DNA from: Thermoflexaceae bacterium
GTDB taxonomy: Bacteria > Chloroflexota > Dehalococcoidia > Tepidiformales > Tepidiformaceae
Direction: 5' to 3'
Length of the DNA stretch: 19,826 nt
Assembly (NCBI GenBank): GCA_031390305.1
Contig: JANMTH010000143.1
Coordinates: 1-19,826, forward strand
Numbering within the stretch: the stretch's first letter is position 1; each line of letters begins with the position of its first letter. The translations under genes and the position numbers were made by a program. This document shows, in pieces, positions 14,686 to 19,826 of this stretch. Below the pieces are notes generated by a model. That model worked only from the letters and a program-made list of their open reading frames with translations. It did no database searches and was not told where the DNA came from.

Positions 14686-16497
14686 ATGCCGAACAACTAC
14701 TGGACCAACCTGAACCGAACGCAGCTCACACGGAGGCGGGTGCTCGCCGGGGCCTCAGCGGCCGCCGCGGGCGCCGCTGGCTTGGCGCTCGTCGGTTGCG
14801 GGGACGACGACAAGGATTCGGGCGGTGGTGGTGGTGGAGGTGGGAGCGGCGATACCAGCGTCCCAACCAAGCTCTCGGATCTCAAGAAGCTGACTCTGGA
14901 GGACATGCGGAGCAAGTTCTCCGGCTCCCGCTTCAAGAATCTGGACGGCTACAAGAAGGGCCCTGAGTACGGCGGCACGCTCCGCTACTGGTTCGTCAGC
15001 CTCCCGGACTGGGACCCGACAGGGGCGAACGGCGGACTGATGGCCTCCTACATGTTCGCTCACAACCAGCTCTGGCAGATCAAGGTCAACGACTCGCTGA
15101 AGAACCCGAACTTCATGGAGTACGAACCAGGCCTGGCGAAGACCGTGGAGCAGCCGGACAACCTCACCTACGTTTTCAAGCTGCACGAGGGCACCAAGTT
15201 CCAGAACCTGCCGCCCGTGAACGGCCGCGAGATGACCGCCGAGGACGTGGTCTACGCGAGCGAGGCCTACCGCAAGTCGCCGGCTCAGGGCCCGACGTAC
15301 GAGCAGGTCGATAAGATCCAGGCCGTGGACAAGTACACCGTGAAGTTCACGACCTCACGGCCCGCGGCCTACTTCCTGAGCTCGCTGGGGACTCCCTTCC
15401 ACTGGATCTTCTCGAGGGAGCAGAAGGAATCATCGGACGGGCTCGCCAAGAAGCCGATCGGCACGGGCGCCTTCCTCCTCGATAAGGTCCAGGACAACGG
15501 CGGCTACCGCGTGGTCAAGAATCCGAACTACTTCCGCAAGGACCCGACCAACGGGAAGCAGCTCCCGTACCTCGACGCCATCGAGACGACCTACATCACG
15601 GACCCGGCCCAGACGCTGGCCGCGTACCGGGCGAAGAACTTCGACCACTACTATCCGGACAGCAAAGAGAAGTGGCTCCAGGTGATGGAGACGGACCCGG
15701 ACTCGGTGACGCAGGTAACGACGCCGCCACCGAGCTTCCAGCCGTACATCGCGATGCGCCAGGACGGTGGCCCGCTCAAGGACCCGCGCGTCCGCCGCGC
15801 CCTCTCGCTGATGATCGACCGCGATTCGATCATCGAGAACCTGCACCAGGGCATGGCCGGCTACGGCTATGGACAGGACTGGACGTTCTTCGACCGCGAG
15901 TGGCCATGGGAGTCGAACGAACTCGGCAAGTACAACAAGTTCGACCCCAAGGAGGCGAAGGCGCTCATGGACGCCGCCGGAGTGAAGGACCTCGAAGTCG
16001 ATTTCTTCATGCAGGCGTTCGCGGGGGCGAACTTCGAAGTCTGGAGCGCGGCGGCGGGCATGCTCAACGCCCAGGGCGTGAAGACGAAGATCGACGCCCC
16101 ACAGGACATCGCCACGATCGTCAGCACGTTCTACGGCGGCAAGTACAAGCACCTCGCGGGCTCGGGCCTCCTCGGCCCGGGTATGGACCCCGACACCTTC
16201 TGCTACCACGCCCTCCACTCGAAGTCGGTGAAGAACTACTACTTCGTGAAGGATGACAAGATCGACGCTCTCGCCGTCAAGCAGCGGGAGGAGTTCGACA
16301 AGAAGGAACGGCAGAAGATCGTCAAGGAGTTCATGGATTACGATCTTGACCAGGTGACGCGCCTCTGGTTGATCACCCCGTACAAGATCAACGTCCGCCG
16401 GCCGAACTTCTTCAATCTCGTCGATACCGAGGCCGCCTGGAACCCGCTGGGTTGGGGCTCCGTCGGCGTCGATATGGCGTACCGCCGGACAACCTAG
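14686..16497 (+). CDS. ABC transporter substrate-binding lipoprotein, family 5 (peptide/nickel; DppA/OppA/NikA-like), Tat signal plus lipobox
   Basis: Start ATG 14686 with AGGAGGG 9 nt upstream. RRRVLAG twin-arginine motif, LVGC lipobox, Asp/Gly-rich tether (DDDKDSGGGGGGGGSG). GGTLRYWFVSLPDWDP resembles the family-5 N-terminal signature. 603 aa. The first 105 codons of the track ORF are non-coding leader. Confidence 0.85.
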   Translation: MPNNYWTNLNRTQLTRRRVLAGASAAAAGAAGLALVGCGDDDKDSGGGGGGGGSGDTSVPTKLSDLKKLTLEDMRSKFSGSRFKNLDGYKKGPEYGGTLRYWFVSLPDWDPTGANGGLMASYMFAHNQLWQIKVNDSLKNPNFMEYEPGLAKTVEQPDNLTYVFKLHEGTKFQNLPPVNGREMTAEDVVYASEAYRKSPAQGPTYEQVDKIQAVDKYTVKFTTSRPAAYFLSSLGTPFHWIFSREQKESSDGLAKKPIGTGAFLLDKVQDNGGYRVVKNPNYFRKDPTNGKQLPYLDAIETTYITDPAQTLAAYRAKNFDHYYPDSKEKWLQVMETDPDSVTQVTTPPPSFQPYIAMRQDGGPLKDPRVRRALSLMIDRDSIIENLHQGMAGYGYGQDWTFFDREWPWESNELGKYNKFDPKEAKALMDAAGVKDLEVDFFMQAFAGANFEVWSAAAGMLNAQGVKTKIDAPQDIATIVSTFYGGKYKHLAGSGLLGPGMDPDTFCYHALHSKSVKNYYFVKDDKIDALAVKQREEFDKKERQKIVKEFMDYDLDQVTRLWLITPYKINVRRPNFFNLVDTEAAWNPLGWGSVGVDMAYRRTT

Positions 16498-16518
16498 TTC
16501 CGTTCATTCCCCTCCTTT

Positions 16519-16555
16519 GTGCGAGGGACGGTGCTCCTACCACCGTCCCTCGCAC
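16519..16555 (+). other. Perfect 15-bp stem / 7-nt loop intercistronic hairpin between the SBP and permease genes
   Basis: GTGCGAGGGACGGTG CTCCTAC CACCGTCCCTCGCAC, with no U-tract after it. Typical of a partial terminator or mRNA-stabilising element that uncouples SBP and permease expression. Confidence 0.5.
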
Positions 16556-16589
16556 ATTGCCAACGCTGGCCGCGAGGAGCCTTCCGTTC

Positions 16590-17543
16590 ATGCGTGACTT
16601 CATCATCCGCCGCACGCTCGCGGCCTTCATCGTGCTTGTCATCGTGAGCATCTTCGTGTTCATGATGATGCACCTGCTCCCGGGCGATGCACTCCTGGTG
16701 AAGCTTGGCGAGACGGGCCGCATCCCCGACGACCAGATGGCCGAACTCCGCGACAAGATGGGGATCGACGACCCGATCGTCGTCCAGTACGTGCGCTGGG
16801 TGGGCGACATCTTCGATGGGAGCATGGGCGAATCGCTGATCTTCACCGGCCGTTCGGTGAGCAGCCGGATCATCGACGCGATGCCGATCACGCTGGAACT
16901 GGCGATCCTCGGGATGGCTGCGGCACTGCTGATCGGGATCCCGCTCGGGGTGCTCTCGGCCGTCTCGAAAGATGGCCCGCTCGACTACTTTATCCGCATT
17001 TTCTCGCTGATCGGGCTCTCCGTGCCCCAGTTCTGGCTCGGGATCATCATCATCGTCTACGGAAGCAAGTATCTGGGCTATGCACCGCCCAAACGCTGGA
17101 TTCCGTTCGAAGAAGACCCGATCGGGAACCTGAAGATGATGTGGATCCCGGCGCTCGTGCTGGGCTTTGGGATCGCGGCCTCGATCATGCGGATGACCCG
17201 CTCGACCGTGCTCGAAGCGCTCCACGAGGACTACGCACGGACGGCCCGGGCGAAGGGCCTCACGGAGCGGATCGTGATCACGCGCCACGTGGTGCGGAAC
17301 GCCCTCATTCCGGTGGTTACAGTGATCGGGAACCAGGCGGCATTCGTTTTCAGCGGCGCGTTGCTGCTGGAGGTGCTGTTTCTCCTGCCGGGAATGGGGC
17401 GGCTCACGCTCCAGGCGATCTACAACCGGGACTACACGCAGGTGCAGGGCTGCGCTCTCATCGCGGCCGCCATCGTCGTGTTTACGAATCTGTTGGTCGA
17501 TATCTCCTATGGCTGGATCGACCCCAGGGTCAGGTACGGCTAG
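16590..17543 (+). CDS. ABC transporter permease, DppB/OppB/NikB-like
   Basis: Start ATG 16590 (GAGGAG 10 nt upstream). Six TM segments. EAA-loop region LEALHEDYARTARAKGL. Confidence 0.85.
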   Translation: MRDFIIRRTLAAFIVLVIVSIFVFMMMHLLPGDALLVKLGETGRIPDDQMAELRDKMGIDDPIVVQYVRWVGDIFDGSMGESLIFTGRSVSSRIIDAMPITLELAILGMAAALLIGIPLGVLSAVSKDGPLDYFIRIFSLIGLSVPQFWLGIIIIVYGSKYLGYAPPKRWIPFEEDPIGNLKMMWIPALVLGFGIAASIMRMTRSTVLEALHEDYARTARAKGLTERIVITRHVVRNALIPVVTVIGNQAAFVFSGALLLEVLFLLPGMGRLTLQAIYNRDYTQVQGCALIAAAIVVFTNLLVDISYGWIDPRVRYG

Positions 17544-17552
17544 GAGCGCCCA

Positions 17553-18452
17553 ATGACTGCAATCCCCCAGGAAGCCTACTTTCCGCCCCCCGAACCGGCC
17601 CTTCCGGGCTGGGTGCGCTGGTGTGCCAGCTTCGCCCGCCGAAAGCCGCTGGCCGCCGCTTCGGGCGTAGTGCTTATCCTCGTCTCCCTGTTGGCGATCC
17701 TGGCGCCCGTCCTTGAGACGCAGGCGCCGAACGAGCAACACCTGTCCGACCGGCTCGCCACGCCGACCTGGGAGCACCCACTGGGCGGCGACGAACTCGG
17801 CCGTGACACGTGGAGCCGGTTGCTTCATGGCGGCCGGATCTCGCTCGGGGCCGGGCTCGGCGCAACGCTGCTCGGCGTTGGGATGGGTGTATTCCTCGGC
17901 CTCGTCAGCGGCTACGCCGGAGGCGTCGTCGATCTCGTGCTCCAGCGGATCATGGACGCGATCATGGCACTTCCGCCGCTGATCCTGCTGATGGTCATCG
18001 CCTCCACGCTCGACCAGAACTTTCGGAACGTGATCATCGCGATCTCGATCTTCGTGGCGCCGGGGACGGCGAGGGTAGTGCGGAGCGCTGTGCTCACGCT
18101 CAAGGAGATGATGTTCGTTGAGGCGATTCGATCCATCGGTGGGTCGCCGGCGCGCATCGTCTTCAGGCACATTCTCCCGAACACCTTCGCGCCGGTCATC
18201 GTGATCACGTCGATCACGGTCGGCACGGTGATCATCATCGAAGCAGCCCTTGGCTATCTCGGGCTCTCGGTCCGCATCCCGCAGGCGACGTGGGGGAACA
18301 TGATCAATAGCGGCGCGGCGAAGTGGGAGGTGGCGCCGCGGCTGGCCCTCGTCCCCGGCCTGGCGATCATCGTAACGGTGTTCGCGATCAACCTCCTGGG
18401 CGACGGCCTGCGCGACGTGCTCGACCCCCGCCTGCGGGGGAAGGGGAAGTAG
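17553..18452 (+). CDS. ABC transporter permease, DppC/OppC/NikC-like
   Basis: The TAGGAG formed by the upstream stop serves as SD 8 nt before ATG 17553. N-terminal TM, then a periplasmic loop, then the permease core (...MALPPLILLMVIAS..., ...VEAIRSIGGSPARIVFRHILPN...). Confidence 0.85.
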   Translation: MTAIPQEAYFPPPEPALPGWVRWCASFARRKPLAAASGVVLILVSLLAILAPVLETQAPNEQHLSDRLATPTWEHPLGGDELGRDTWSRLLHGGRISLGAGLGATLLGVGMGVFLGLVSGYAGGVVDLVLQRIMDAIMALPPLILLMVIASTLDQNFRNVIIAISIFVAPGTARVVRSAVLTLKEMMFVEAIRSIGGSPARIVFRHILPNTFAPVIVITSITVGTVIIIEAALGYLGLSVRIPQATWGNMINSGAAKWEVAPRLALVPGLAIIVTVFAINLLGDGLRDVLDPRLRGKGK

Positions 18453-18460
18453 GGCGGGAG

Positions 18461-19435
18461 CTACGGCCCGCCCAGCACTTCCCGCACCAACTCCGCTTCG
18501 GTCATGCTTCCGGCGGCGGCCCCCTCCCGCGCTAACCGGTTGGCGACGCGCTGGAGGCCGGCGTTGACCGGCGCCGGGACTCCGTGCTGGCGGCCGAGGA
18601 GGACGATCTCACCGTTCAGGTAGTCGACCTCGACATCCGGACGGCCGCGCGCCAGGCTTTGCCAGGTGGAGCCGCCCTTGCGCCGCTGTCCGCCAATTTC
18701 GCCGATCTGGATGAACGAACCGCGGCGCACCCTGTCCTCTTCGTCGCTGGCGCAATCGATTCCAGCGGCGGCGTAGCAGGCGAGCGCCTCTTCCCGCGCC
18801 CGGCGTCCTAGGTCCCGGCCGCCACCCGACGACCCGAGCGCGGCATCGATGCCGTTGCCGAGGTTCATCAGTAGTTTCTGGTACTTATGTCTCATCACGC
18901 GCGGCTCCGCCGTGGCACTGAAGGTCGATGCGGCGAGGGCCGCGGTCACGCCGATGGCGACTTCGTCGATCCCGTCCGGGTAGCGGCCAATATCGAGAAC
19001 CCCGCTCCAGGGCGAGGAGTCGGCCTGAACCAGGCCGGGCTCCAGGTGCGTCGCCGGTAAGCGGACCGGCATGCCGTAGACTTTCGCGAAGCGGCGGGCG
19101 GCGCGCCGTTCGTTCTCCACGCCGTTCTGGGCGCAGACGACCGGGACCTGGTCTCCGGCGGCGGCCAGCAGTTCGGCGAGCGCCGGCTCGGTGTCCTGGG
19201 TCTTCATCGCCAGGATAACGACGTCGCCGCTGCGAAAGTCAACCTCACGTGGGGCGCCAACGGCCGGGACGGAGACCGTCACCGAGCCGGCGGGCGAGAG
19301 CACTGTGAGGCCGTTCTCGCGGATGGCCGCGAGGTGAGCGCCGCGGGCGATGAGCACGACATCGTGACCGTGTTCGAAGAGGCGCCCGCCGATTACTCCG
19401 CCGACAGCTCCGGCGCCGTAGATGATGAACCTCAT
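18461..19435 (-). CDS. 2-dehydropantoate 2-reductase (ketopantoate reductase, ApbA/PanE family)
   Basis: MRFIIYGAGAVGGVIGGRL Rossmann N-terminus. Family C-terminal domain. Strong SD GGAGGA 7 nt upstream of ATG 19435. Convergent with the permease with an 8-bp gap. Confidence 0.8.
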   Translation of the reverse strand: MRFIIYGAGAVGGVIGGRLFEHGHDVVLIARGAHLAAIRENGLTVLSPAGSVTVSVPAVGAPREVDFRSGDVVILAMKTQDTEPALAELLAAAGDQVPVVCAQNGVENERRAARRFAKVYGMPVRLPATHLEPGLVQADSSPWSGVLDIGRYPDGIDEVAIGVTAALAASTFSATAEPRVMRHKYQKLLMNLGNGIDAALGSSGGGRDLGRRAREEALACYAAAGIDCASDEEDRVRRGSFIQIGEIGGQRRKGGSTWQSLARGRPDVEVDYLNGEIVLLGRQHGVPAPVNAGLQRVANRLAREGAAAGSMTEAELVREVLGGP

Positions 19436-19447
19436 CCGCGTATCCTC

Positions 19448-19826
19448 CTACGCCCCGGCGCCGGGCTCAGGGCCGATCTGCACCAGGAGTTTGCCCGTGT
19501 TTCCTCCCGTGAACAGCATGTTCAAGGCGTCCGGGCAGCGCTCGAGGCCCTGGACGATCTGCTCGCGAGACTTGAGCTTGCCGGCGGCCATCCAGCCCGC
19601 CATTTCCACAGCGGCCCCGGCGAAGCGGCCGAAGTAGTCGACGATGATGAAGCCCTCCATCCGCGCGCGCATGATGACGAGGTTCATGACGTTCTTGACG
19701 CCATAGGGGACCGCGTCTTCCGTATAGCCGCTGGATATTCCGCCGCAGAGGACGACTCGCGCGCGCATCGCGATCTGGCTGAGGACGCTATCGAGGATCT
19801 GGCCGCCGACGTTGTCAAAATAGACG
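19448..19826 (-). CDS. NADPH-dependent MDR-family oxidoreductase (YncB / curcumin-reductase / PTGR-like), C-terminal part; the N-terminus lies beyond the window end
   Basis: The frame stays open upstream of the track's first Met. It translates as VYFDNVGGQILDSVLSQIAMRARVVLCGGISSGY...MEGFIIVDYF...KLKSREQIVQGLERCPDALNMLFTGGNTGKLLVQI, typical of the MDR nucleotide-binding C-terminus. Stop at 19448 is 12 bp before the downstream gene, so an operon is likely. Confidence 0.75.
   Translation of the reverse strand, partial: VYFDNVGGQILDSVLSQIAMRARVVLCGGISSGYTEDAVPYGVKNVMNLVIMRARMEGFIIVDYFGRFAGAAVEMAGWMAAGKLKSREQIVQGLERCPDALNMLFTGGNTGKLLVQIGPEPGAGA

Noticed and set aside
1-19826. CRISPR arrays, IS elements, integrases, rRNA/tRNA genes
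   Set aside because: No regularly spaced direct repeats, terminal inverted repeats with transposase, or RNA-gene signatures were seen. The only periodic repeat is in-frame within the flotillin CDS.

Overview
High-GC (about 70% by eye) bacterial chromosomal segment. The gene content (F420-type nitroreductase, classical MenA menaquinone route, 4-bp GTGA/ATGA gene overlaps, TTG/GTG starts) suggests an Actinobacteria-like or Chloroflexota-like organism. I support about 20 protein-coding genes and no rRNA, tRNA, CRISPR array or transposase/integrase. Order left to right: partial menF (-), then ubiE/menG and menA (+, coupled); a D-2-hydroxyacid dehydrogenase and a Pro/Ala-rich exported hypothetical (-); two translationally coupled GNAT acetyltransferases (-); a cytoplasmic hybrid PAS-PAS histidine kinase with receiver domain (-); a TetR regulator (-) divergent from an F420H2-dependent nitroreductase-family (Ddn-like) gene (+), with a near-perfect palindromic operator between them; a long flotillin/SPFH protein (-) whose N-terminal half is 4-5 tandem copies of a ~73-aa module; an ABM-type monooxygenase and an SGNH hydrolase (+, coupled). 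Then comes a visibly lower-GC block (about 55-63%): a solitary MNT-type nucleotidyltransferase (-), a tungsten-type aldehyde:ferredoxin oxidoreductase (-), and divergently a family-5 peptide/nickel ABC substrate-binding lipoprotein plus two permeases (+) with no ATPase genes. The window ends with a ketopantoate-reductase-family gene and the C-terminus of an MDR-family NADPH oxidoreductase (-). The most unusual items are the internally repeated flotillin architecture, the TetR/F420-reductase switch with its operator, and the lower-GC AOR/MNT/ABC block. Several long ORFs in the supplied track are antisense artefacts of the high GC content and are rejected.
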